A stretch of 64,000 nucleotides of DNA from Balanoglossus misakiensis (Eukaryota > Animalia > Hemichordata). Shown in pieces: positions 38,875 through 50,586 of this stretch. The notes under the pieces were generated by a model. The model made no database searches, was not told where the DNA came from, and saw nothing but the letters and a program-made list of their open reading frames with translations. The stretch lies in assembly GCA_040954595.2 (NCBI GenBank), contig CM082593.2, forward strand, positions 3,799,434 through 3,863,433, written 5' to 3'. Positions within the stretch are counted from its first letter, which is position 1. The number at the start of each line of letters is the position of its first letter. The position numbers and the translations under genes are program-made.

Positions 38875-41800
38875 TTAAAACACTGCCGGCGATTCTTGCT
38901 TGATTCCAATTCGATTATAAACGATTCTACTCATGCGCCGGCGAAGTCATATTTAAGCAAGGCTGTATTCCAGGCATGTCTCGCACTTTGCCTTTATCTC
39001 TAATGATAGCATCTTTAGAAACTAACTGCGGCCGAAGTCGGACGTGATCCGGCACCTTTCAAGAGCCGCCAGATGGATCGAATTACGCAAGGTAGGCTTT
39101 CCCAAGAGCGCAGTAATCGCTCCCGTTGCCAGTGTCGCTGTTTTACTTACTTGATACAGCTGCATCTGTACGAGAAGGGAAGGAGCAAAAAAGATTGACA
39201 TTTACGATCCCTGATCTGCTGATTCTGCCTGAATGCATGCCGCTCACGCGCCTATAAGAGGCGCGTTTCCGAGTAAAACAAACTATAAAATTCAGATAAG
39301 GACCACTTCTTGTTTTATTTGTCCCTCGTATTAAGGCCGAAAAAAGCATGATGTTTCGATCGCGTTTGGTCAAAGGAAACGGAAAAGAGACATTCTTCGG
39401 AAATATTTCAATGTAAAAGGATTATGGCTATTTCGGCTAAGTGCATACGAGTAAAATGAGTAAGAAAGTAATATTTAAGCATAATATGCAAATGCGAAGC
39501 TTGAAACATAAGAACAAGAAAGTAAGTCCTCAAAACAGTGCGTAATGCAGGATGACAGGACGATAATGCGATTTAACGAGAAAATATAACGTCACGTGAT
39601 ACAAGTGACCTCTCAGCAGAAAATGATGCCCCTATTAATCCAATGAGAGAGATACACGAAACTTGTGAACTATGGGAGTATTCTATTTATGTCCGAACCT
39701 GTTGATCGCTAATGAGGGCAAAAAAAGTTTAGATTGATCCATCTGAACCGAGTCTGCCGACGTACGTGGCGTGTATATTCAGAATTGAATATCTTCAGAC
39801 TTTGGTAAAGGTTAACTGGATTTATTTTCCAGTTTTTAATCTAAACGACAGACTATTTGAAACGACTTTAAAGCCATCGGCCCCCTTCTTTTGTTCATTT
39901 ATCGGGGTGTGCGCGCGCACTCTGTTCTGTTTGCGGCGCCCGAAGCTTGGACATGCAAGCACAGCCACGAAGAGCACGTATGATGTTTTGTTTTTGTTCG
40001 TTTGCTGAGTCACTCCGTGCAGTTTGCCACGTTTGATGCGCTCCGCATACACTGACATTTCAACGGGCCTTTTGTGAGTTCCAGCACCGGCACGTTTTCC
40101 TCCAATAATTATCGTCAGAAACTGTCCATGCGTGCCAACCTGAAAGACTTCTTTCATAACCCTGAACACTCTTTGCAACGAGGCAGCGCAGTTTCTTTCT
40201 TGTGCCAACGTTTGAGCTGTCCACGACGGTCCGTATTTTCGGTTTACATCACCGCTACTCACTTCCTCGTGAAAGCGGCTCTCACACGCACAAATAGATG
40301 TTGCTAGGGGCGCAATTGTGACGTTGATGAGTCGAAAAAACAACTGCATGCATGGTCATGATTCCTGGTCAAATGTACTTGTCTTCCTTCACGGTATTCG
40401 CACGAGCTTGCACCGGGCAGAGAGGTTATTGCACTGCCTCTAAGATGGCGACAAGAAACATGCCAATGTCGCCGATCACTCTCGTTCGTTGATGACGAAA
40501 ACCTTTCAGCGGCACGACGAAAGTGAACCGAGTTCGCACTACAGACGACAAGATTACCACCACTGCTGAAATTGATGGAATTCTCCAACGTGTCACATTT
40601 GCGATCTCAACAGCCCTGTCGAAAAATGCACAGGGAAATATCAGCCATATGGTGATTTCTATGAAAAAATATGATCAAAGTAATTAAAAATATGTGCCTT
40701 TCAGTTGAGATGCCGGCAATATGATTCATCAATCGAAACTGCAACGCGTGTAGCTGGTGGTCATATGATCGCGTTGATGGAAGCCCCAGTGGCTAGGCAT
40801 TTTGACATTTATTTTCCACGAAGTATGATCAAATATTCACCAATTTAAAACCCAGAATACATAGTCATACTTTTAAGCTACCGGTACTACATATACCAGT
40901 CTTTGTACGAATCTGTATGATTTCACTACAGCGGGGGGGGGGGGGGGGGGGGGTTGTTGTTCACCTGAAATTTCATTCCCGTCATACATACTCTTGTCGT
41001 TGAGGGGACGTGTAGTGTACAGAGTTACTGCACACCTGCGAAAGGTCCGTCTAAAGGGTACATCTATTTTGAATATCTATTGCATAATTGATGTCACCTG
41101 TATGTTTGTTTGTTTTCTGGTCCTCAGAAGAATGAGCCCCATCCTTCGATTTTATCATCAAACCTTCTGTCAATTCAATTAAAAAAAATATCAGTTCTTT
41201 GAACACTCTTCCATCCATATGCCCGTACATTGTTAAAGACAAAACACGAGCCATATTTCAAACGCATTTGCTGGGGACCTTACGTCTAGTAACAACCTTT
41301 ACAATGCGTGCAATGATTTACACAGCGACTCTCGCTTGTACTATACATGCATATTGCCCATCAATTTTGTTCGCTTTCACGTAACCTACGTTCTCGTGAC
41401 GTTGTCCAGATGAGCCTGTTGAATTTGATGCGAAAAATACGAGCGTGGTATATTTGTTTCCTCCTCTGTCTGTCCACACTAAGCGGTGATATTTACTGAG
41501 AGAGCATTCATTCAAATATCAAGAAAGCTGATATCTGAATCGTTTATGGCACACTCAAGGTTACACTGAGAATGTGTTGGATGATTGAGAATTATATACC
41601 GTGTACTGTTGCCTGTTTTATTGCCTATAAATTATGAATTATTGAATAACGGCAAATGGATGCGGGGATATCCCCAAGGGAGGTTTTTGTTTGTCTTTGC
41701 CGGCAAATGTTAGCGCGTTTCGAGTTGACTGAAAGTTGAACGTGCGGCTCTTGTTGCCGTCACGCGAATCAATTCGCACGATCTCAGCGGGTGTATTTTT

Positions 41801-44800
41801 ATGCACGCTGATATTTAGGATGTCTGGGTCTCGCATATGCTACAAATGGCGTCCGTTTGTCAGTTGGGTCAACGCAAACACCTCGTCCGCGGCGACAGTT
41901 AGAGAAGAAATAAGCTACTTGTAAACCTCGCTAACGTGTAAACCACAGTATGCCCAGTGGAGCCAGTATAAATCATAATGAGAACGTCGTTATAACTATC
42001 CAGCGGATGCCTGTATAAAATGAAAAGTTCAAGTCACACAGAACATTCGTCTCTAGTTGCGGTCACCATGGAGACTCGCTCACGCTCGATGGTTTCGCTG
42101 AGTACCCAACAACCGGAAGGTACCAAACATGATCACTCAAGCAGCGAAATTCATTTGTATTTCTCTGTTTAAAAAGCTGAATTTTTGAAGATTCAGCGTT
42201 AACTCGTTTGCGATGATTTTTGAGGGTTAAACGGACAAAATCTGCGCATTAATCAGTCGTTCGTTGTAGGTTGATTTCTTCATTCCATTTCTTCGAAACA
42301 CTGAGTGATTGTCCGTCGGGACTGAGCCGTCTGTATGCGATGATGCCTTCGGGCTGTGTGTTTTAGTTCCCCGTTGTGATAGACCATATGCTCCGTAAAA
42401 AGCCATGAAGGAGGGGGGACAGCTTCGTGAACGACTCACTTTACTATACGTGTGTGTACAGTACCAGATCAAGTAAACAGCCTAAATTGTGTTACTCGGT
42501 GGTGTGTTATTAAATTAGTACAAGTGTTTATAAAATGACGTCTTAAATGTATCGGTCAGGAGAAAAACTCTAGAGACAGACAGAGAGACGTGGTGACATA
42601 GAGAGACGGGACAGGGAGAGTAGGAGATGAGGTGGGGGTCATTCGGGAGGTTGGCCGGTAGCGAGCTCGCGGACGCAGACATATGAAAGTACTGATCGTC
42701 TGCTCGCCAACATCCGGGAATCAATTTAGCGGAACGGCGATGCCGCCGACCGAAGTAGAATGACTTTATTACTTTCTGCCCAGAAAGTAAGCGACAATTG
42801 ATAGTATTCCCTTGCTTGAAAATGACCAGATAATGTATAAAGTATTTTTTTTTTGCAAAAGCCTCGGCGAAACAAAATGATGGCATCCCGTCTAGAGCAG
42901 GTCAAAATATTCCTTTATTCCGCCATACACGCTATAAATAAGGAAGTGATCACATAATATACTGCACATCCCTATGTCGAATTTCGATTCGGTTAGCTTG
43001 ATTGGTATAACTTAAAGCGGTAATAAGTGGTCTGAAAACTAGCCGGACATTCCTTAATGATCCGTGATTCCTGGAAATTGACGTGGAAAGATTCGATGGC
43101 CCCGACTGGAAAGATCTCTTACCAAACGCTTGGCTGGTTATATATGTTTCCGTATTATATTTTAAGTAACCAGTATATTTTTACATTTCGAGTATGGATT
43201 TGTCGCTCGTAACTCTTAGGATAGCGGATGTCTAGTGGACAGGGGAATAGGCAAATTAGTCTGAATCGGTTTCGTCTGCAGTGCTATGACGTAATGTTTC
43301 TATCCGAACTTGAGCGACGCAATGTCTCTGTGTTGAGTTCTTACAATATGAATTTTGTATTAACCCGTGTTTCAACTTGGACATAACCCTTTTAAGCTAC
43401 ACGACGTATCTATTCCATCTCTGCGATTTCCTCACGAGTAGGACATACACGGTGAAATAAAATTCGATCCGTTGTATACTCGCAAAAAAATCAAACAGTG
43501 CACACATACACACCGTTTTAAAAGTCTATGGTGATGATGGACGTGAGGGAAAGTGGACCCGGGCCCGAACAATTTTATTTCCTATCTCCCAAAAGGATGG
43601 CGTATTATTCACACGGTTTTTCAGGTCCATTTTGCAACCCTAATTACCAGTTAATGTAATTCTAATGCACCTCCGGGGTAATTAGGGGATTTGAAAGCGT
43701 ACAGTATCCCCGGCTCTCCAATGCGCCCTCCATCTGCTGAGCTCCGGCCCAAGTAAAGCGACTCAAACTTAGCTTGAAAAATGATTGAGTCATGAACTGT
43801 GCTTCAATAAATATTCATGTCAAATTCTGAGCTATTAATTAGTTTTATAGTCTGTGCGTTTCGACTTCTTTGTTTGACCTTAACTCAACGAGCGTGGCAA
43901 ATTGCACGTTCTCCTCACTCAAAACAGGCTTGTTTAAGAAAATTCTAGCGATTACAGATCAGGAAATAGTAAATTTTCTCACATTTTCACGATTGATCAG
44001 AGGAGAGAAATATATATTTTAATATGCGAAGGGGAAGTGTTGTTAAATTTAGCTCGTTCCTGCATGGTTTGACGTATGTCATACGCCATATAATTCCATT
44101 GTCCATATTGCATGTGGCTCACTGTTGAGCTGCACCCCGCTGCCACTACTTAAGTAGATACATGCGTGACGTGACGCGCATAACAAGGCGAGATCAATTT
44201 AACATTTTATGTGTGGAATTAGTTCCTTAGCGTCCTATTTATATTTTTCTGGGAACTCCAGAAATTTACAACACAGCACAATGCTTGTAGAATACAATGC
44301 AATTCCGGTAAATTGTTGTCTCACTGAGACTTGCCTCTGACGTTATTGCAGGTCCACGACTGCGCATGTCCCGTATGGTAATTTGTCGCCTTGACAACTG
44401 AACTTTTAAGGTGAATGCGCACACAGGTGAACGTAGAAGAAGCGGTTGGCAGTTGATGTACTGTTATCGCTGCGTCAAGACGGTCCAAAGCAGCGGGGAT
44501 GAAACTCGCCCAGGAGAAACTAGCAGGTGAGTCAACTCTCCGTTATCAGAGCAGAACATCGCGTTGTGAAGTGTCTGAAGGGGTTACTGGTGCCGGGTGT
44601 GAGGTCGCACTGGCCCCCGGGGGCTGCCACAAAAACATGGCCCCCGTTGTCTTCAGCACGAGAGCGTGCTGTTCGCGTGCAGCGGCCAATAATCTGAATG
44701 GGCAACCGCTTCCGACTTGTGAGCGTACTCATCAACGACACAGGGCCTTAACATCACAAGGCAACGTATGCGTGCAATCCCGAGTTCGTGCACATTTATA

Positions 44801-45720
44801 AACTTATATGATAATTTCTATTTTGGGAACTGTTTGGTAAGACTTACGCGACATACAATACACGTGTACGGTATTGAAGAACTCTATGAACCGAATTTTA
44901 TGGTTGTCTATAATCAAACGGGTGGCCTTGGGGTACCATCTGCACTCGCTACTTCGCTTGACGTATCACGTGTCTCCGTAATTTCATTTTAATTGCCTAT
45001 ATGGGAGTTGGCATATGTATAAAACGGGGCATTTTTTATCGCGGTGAATTCCGTGCTCACCATATATACTCATCATGATTTAATATTTCCCTGTCTGTGA
45101 ATGCCAGATCGTTGTTTGCGTGCTTTCATTGACGGGCGGACTCACATCAGCGCATCCACTACATCGCGCTTGGTTACAATTTCGAAAGAAACTCGGAATA
45201 CGCGCTTTGACCCGCGGAGCCGACAGATGGCTCGTGTTTGAGTTTCTGAAACGCCCGCGGCATTGATCAACGTTTCGGCGCTTTCGTTGCATCAGTTCGC
45301 TCGGTCTCTAAGCTTATTATCACACACAGTCAACAGTGGCCTGTGTAAACGTCTTTGATCTTATGTGTCCTAAGAACAATGGGTTCATAAACACGGTTTG
45401 ACTGATCACCGGTCGAGGCTGCTCATCGCAACAATCGCAGTTGAGATAATATTTTTTTTTCATCTCGACTTTTTATCTGCACAGATACACCGAATCCCGC
45501 TGCGTACATCATTGTTGGGATCTGGGAGCCACTCTGAGATCAGTTACTCGCTGATTTCGCACATCACTTCTGGGACAAAGGCCTCGAATTCTGCAGCCAT
45601 AGCGGACATGCAATGGCAAACGGTAGAGTCTGTTAACTGGAACACTTGGCTTTGGATGATCTAATATTCTTTTGGATTAACTGTCTGCATTGTGCCATAC
45701 ATATATATCCTGGGACAAAT

Positions 45721-47508
45721 ATGCTGGCCATGTATGAAAGGAAGGGAGTTAGTAATTCACGGATGGATTCTCTGGCACTGAACACTGAAGTACCTTCTCA
45801 AACCGGCGACAGAATGGATAATAGAACGAGCGAACACGTCAGTTTCGGTAGTTACTTAGCACGCCACATTGCCCAGAGCGACGAAAACGACAGCCGTCGT
45901 TTTTACATCGACAACTTCACGAGGGCGCCGTTGTTGTCCAGCAAGAGGAAATTGGACGGTGTGAGCGGAGGGGTGGATGACGATACGGTCTCGAAGAAGA
46001 TGAAACCAAGTTTCTCTTTGCCCCTGATCAAGAGATCACTGAAGCCGATACCGCCGTTGTTGAGTTACTGCAGCAAAGACAAAACGTTCAGTGAGATGCG
46101 TCCGGCGCCGATTCTGGATAAGGGGAAAATGAACCACGGACAAGATGCGTCTCCGAGTTTGGACGGTCGGCAGTTTCTGTTTCAAACCACACGCGCCGAA
46201 GTTTCGCAGAGTCAGGAAGGGTCGCACTCCCCGACGTCACATCTGCACAAACACCAGCGACCTCTGATGGAAAGCCACGCTCGACACCGTGAAGTCCTGC
46301 GGGCGAACAGCACCTCCCCCGGGGAGAATTTTGAAGTCGCGAGCGCGCAGGTGCGCAGTACGCACCAACTGCAGTTCTCGCAGGTGAAAGCAAGTCCCAA
46401 GCGAGTCGACTACAAATCAGTGACGAATCTGCTAAGTACTAGCGCCGACGACGAAGAATCGGCCCACTCTCCGAAATCCCGCGAAACGTCACCGGAAAAG
46501 ATCGAAGTCAAAAGAAGCGCTTTCCGTGAAGTGACGAAGCGGAAGCCCCCGACGGATTCGCCTCATTCGGCAGAGGTCGACAGCAGGCTGCATTTCAACG
46601 AACGCAACGGCACCGAGAGACAAGTGTCGCCGATTGGGACGCCGTTTAACTTGGGCGGTTACAAACCGCAAGTTAGTTTGAGGCCGTTCTCAAATCGCTT
46701 CAGTGATCTGCTCAATCGTGCGGGGGAACACAGCCTTCTGGCCAATCACCGGCACCTCTCGCCGACATCGATGGCTCACGCGCCGACGTTCTCGACACGT
46801 TCTGATATTAGTCCCAACATCGGGAAATCAGCCTCGCCGACGGTAATCGGCGTCACGTGCCCAGTTGGCGCCTTCAGACCCGGCGTTCATCAAGACATGT
46901 TGACAGCAAGCAAGAGCGCTTTCTCGCCACCAAGTCAGAGCCCCGACCAACTAGCGCAGCCTGCGGGAATAATGGACTATCTGCAGAAAACATCGCCCAT
47001 TCCCAAGACCGCCTTTCCGACACCTAGCAGCAGTTCCCAGTACTACGACAGCATCCGAAGAGCCTTCAAAAATTTCTCCGATAAAAGTTCACCGGGGATT
47101 TTACCAGGCATGTTGTCGAACGGCGCCGACCAGGTGAGGTTCAGCGGAGTGCCTCTGCCGCCGCCTTCCGGCGAGGTGGGGGCGCTCTCATCCTTCCCAG
47201 GATACCCCCGGCTGTACGACAGTGACCCGGCGGCCATGCCGTTTCCTCTCCAAAAATCGCCTTCACAATCAATTATGCCCCTGACGGCCACCGCGCTGAA
47301 TTTTGCCCAGAACTGGTGCGCCAAGTGCAACGCCACCTTCAGGATGACCAGCGACCTGGTCTACCACATGAGAACTCACCACAAGAGAGATCACGCCGAC
47401 CCTGTCACCAAGCGCAAGCGAGAGGAGAAACTCCGCTGTAACATTTGCGGCGAGACTTTCCGCGAACGCCACCACCTCTCGCGACACATGACGTCACACA
47501 ATGGATGA
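45721..47508 (+). CDS. PRDM8: PRDM8/ZNF488-family C2H2 zinc-finger transcription factor, 595 aa, single coding exon, no PR/SET domain visible
   Basis: C-terminus AQNWCAKCNATFRMTSDLVYHMRTHHK...KRKREEKLRCNICGETFRERHHLSRHMTSHN closely matches the PRDM8/ZNF488 double finger as I recall it; also has PRDM8-type KRSAFREV and KSAFSPP motifs. First in-frame ATG at 45721, in-frame TAA upstream at 45634-45636. Confidence 0.9.
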   Translation: MLAMYERKGVSNSRMDSLALNTEVPSQTGDRMDNRTSEHVSFGSYLARHIAQSDENDSRRFYIDNFTRAPLLSSKRKLDGVSGGVDDDTVSKKMKPSFSLPLIKRSLKPIPPLLSYCSKDKTFSEMRPAPILDKGKMNHGQDASPSLDGRQFLFQTTRAEVSQSQEGSHSPTSHLHKHQRPLMESHARHREVLRANSTSPGENFEVASAQVRSTHQLQFSQVKASPKRVDYKSVTNLLSTSADDEESAHSPKSRETSPEKIEVKRSAFREVTKRKPPTDSPHSAEVDSRLHFNERNGTERQVSPIGTPFNLGGYKPQVSLRPFSNRFSDLLNRAGEHSLLANHRHLSPTSMAHAPTFSTRSDISPNIGKSASPTVIGVTCPVGAFRPGVHQDMLTASKSAFSPPSQSPDQLAQPAGIMDYLQKTSPIPKTAFPTPSSSSQYYDSIRRAFKNFSDKSSPGILPGMLSNGADQVRFSGVPLPPPSGEVGALSSFPGYPRLYDSDPAAMPFPLQKSPSQSIMPLTATALNFAQNWCAKCNATFRMTSDLVYHMRTHHKRDHADPVTKRKREEKLRCNICGETFRERHHLSRHMTSHNG

Positions 47509-48990
47509 TATACACCAGCCGTTGTATATGTGTAAAGCAATATATACTGGGAGACTAGAATATGCCTTAGAAATAAATTAATGTGACGGTGATTGGACAG
47601 GTGACCATCTGAAAGAAAGTTGCACAGCACAATGACTGAAATCGCGTCACCAACACAAGCACACGCCAAGTTAATGACGTTCTCACCTTTAAAGCGAACC
47701 AGTGCAAGGAAAGTACCGACGTGTAAAGCAAATCTTGTGTTGGGTCGTGGAATTCTTTATAGACGATGAAATCACAAAAGTGGCTGGAGACAACACTCTA
47801 TATTAAACCTGTACTGCATCTTACGAGGACGCTTGACTTTTAAAGCGATTATAAAGCGACTGCGTTTTGAACTAGGAGAATTCGGAACACTCGCCTATTG
47901 TATATTTTATTAAAATTATCATCCAGTCGCGATTGATGTTGGTCTCAGAAGTTTCAATGACGTATTTGTGTATAGTTAGGCTGCGACACGTTTATCGTGC
48001 GTCCGGTTAGAAATCATAAATCGATCCAGACTGATTTTTAGCAGTGGAACTGGGAACAGTGATGACGACTTGGATTTATTTGTTTATTTATTGATTATGC
48101 ATGTTTGACTGTAATTTGATTGGTCGCGCACACCTGTGTAAAGTGTCACCCACCCCATTTCTATCGATCCCAGATGTTGTGCGGCTACACGAGGTGGCCA
48201 TCCAAATTGTGGCTCTTTTTGTATTTCATGAATGTCAAGTGACGTACTACACTCACAATTTACGCACGCAACTTTAAAACTCGTTTACATGACAGTACTT
48301 ATTTTTGCAAGAGCTAGAACAAGTGAAAGACCAGTGTAGTAAAAATAAGAAAATTGACATTGGGGCATAGTACGCCTACGGTTCATTCGAGTAGTGTATA
48401 CTTTGAAAACAAATTACAAATCGAAATTACACTGGTAATTATTTGTTTTAACATTACAGACACTTCATTAAAATTCAATTTTTGTATTGTTCCCCACGAG
48501 AATAAATCTATCATAGCACAGTGCAATAACATTTGTCACATATTAATATATTAAATTATAATGAATAAATTAATACATTATTAATGTCGACTGTAATTGT
48601 ATGCCTTGTCAAGCCCTTTTCCCCTGTTGTCTCATAACATAATTGAACATATTCGGCGTCTGGAATATATGAAACAATAAAGCCTTATGTCACGCGGTTT
48701 GCGGTTTAAATCAAATCTAGTTTATTATTTACCTGCTGCTGTAAAGAATAGCGTTCTGTCGTATAATGTGTCACGGTTACCGGATTTGTACAGTACTAGC
48801 AGAGTCCTGACTGACGCTCACACAAAGCAGATAGAAAATTGAATGATTCTAAAAAGTTTTTAGACTGAAACTTTTACAGTTAATATGTAGCAACGTGCAC
48901 ACCCCAAATTTTTAGTCATTTTAGCGTCAACTGGGCCGGTGTACACCTGGTTATCTATCAGACGGGTAAAAGGTCGGGCGTCAACCTGGG

Positions 48991-49837
48991 CTAAATACTG
49001 TCAACGTAGTTTGGCGTTTGCGACCTACTCCACGCCCACTTGTCCGAGCCGCCTTTGTTGGCTGCAGCGGTGGCGTCCCCTGTCTCTCTGTTCGCAAACT
49101 CTTCTTCCAGTTCCCTACTCAGTTCACTCTGCATTCGCTTCTTCTTCCTCTTCTTGGGAGACTCGTTGCAGAGGAACGACCACAGAGTGAACAAAATGAC
49201 AACGGCCAGGCAGAGTGCTAGAGTGAGACCGATGATCATCCACGGTATCGTAGAATCGAGCGGCTCGTTCCAAGGATTGCTGTACGACACGTTTGTAGCA
49301 CTAGTAGTTTGCTCGGCAACGACCGATATAACCACGTCGCCCAATTCCAGGATTCCGCTGTTTTGGTTCATAGCGTTGACCAAACCAGGTTTTTCCTGGA
49401 TAAAATAAACCACGCGATACGCTCAAGTAAGACACTATATGTAACTTTTAAAATTTGAACGGTACCTTCAACAACGTTGTTTTCGGTAAAACTACAAGAG
49501 TTAATGTTTCATTATTGTGGGAATTGACCTTGACGTACAAATTGACAAATATTTGTCAGTATTTATATAACAGTATCTCTCCTTGGCATTATCATGATTA
49601 TCGCTTGAAGGATAATCGTCTCTCAGAAAGCACACACGAACTGGAGGACAAACTGGTGGCTTTGTACAGAGAAAACAACGCTGCCATGACGCCTGTCCAA
49701 TTGCAAACACAAAGCCAACAAAATGTCGGGGATGGCCTGATTCAATTACGTACCTTGTCTTGTGATACGTCACCATTCTGTGACGAACACGACACGGTCA
49801 AGCACAGCGCAAACAATATAGTCCCTATCAACCACAT
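48991..49837 (-). CDS. Small type-I membrane protein A (NPW-TM family), 162 aa; exons 49837-49754 and 49395-48991
   Basis: Exon 1 signal peptide MWLIGTILFALCLTVSCSSQNGDVSQDK|gtacgt; acceptor ttttatccag|; NPWNEPLDSTIP, TM, KKRKKKR; paralogous to 52459-53257; AATAAA on minus strand at 48726-48721. Confidence 0.82.
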
Positions 49838-50586
49838 TTTAAGGGAGTTTAAAAGAGGACGATTTGCTATAAATGTCACGAAAATAGAGTTCTACAGGAT
49901 AGCCAAGTCTTGTTTCTCTTTATTTCCTCGGCGGTTGCTCATCATCCGGGTTAATTTTTGACAACTCGAGTCATATGTGCATGATAACAGGTAGACAAAG
50001 CAAATACAGTAAGTCCGCAAAGAGAATTGGTTATTTATTCTGTGGTGTTGGCGTACACGATACCCGAGTATAGTGTTTTGAGTGGAGTCGTGTCAGTCAT
50101 GATGCTACTTCTGTCTGTACTACCACTTTAGCAGATTTTCAGAGAGTGACTGACGATGGTGGCGCTAAATTGTTGAAAAAAATAACACACACCAAACTCT
50201 CTGAGAAGTTAAAGGTGCAGTGATGTATTAGGGACCATATCGCATAACACCATTACCGACCAACGCTGCGCATCGACTCATAATAAGGACAGGCATCGTG
50301 TTAAGTGATGATGACCTTTCACCCCCATGTTTATCATCGGGCGTATGGCATACCAGCAAAGAACAGTTAATCTTTAACAGACCCGTTTCACGTCGTTGGT
50401 GGATATATCCGCGTAGATATAATCTGCCCACGGGTCACGTCACACCACGGACTGCCACATAGACGTTTCGAGCACTACTCATAGATATCTCGTTAGTGGC
50501 CGCATTTTAATATACCAGGAGTTCGCCGAGTTCAAAGGACGTGTGTACTTCCAGACTGGCCTTTTCTCGCGCAGCATGTTGTAGAG

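Noticed and set aside
45646-45720. ORF-track N-terminal extension of the zinc-finger protein (620 aa)
   Set aside because: It starts at TTG, a prokaryotic-style call; the first in-frame ATG is 45721.
46036-47669. Several minus-strand ORFs overlapping the zinc-finger gene
   Set aside because: Antisense shadows of a GC-rich coding exon with no independent support.
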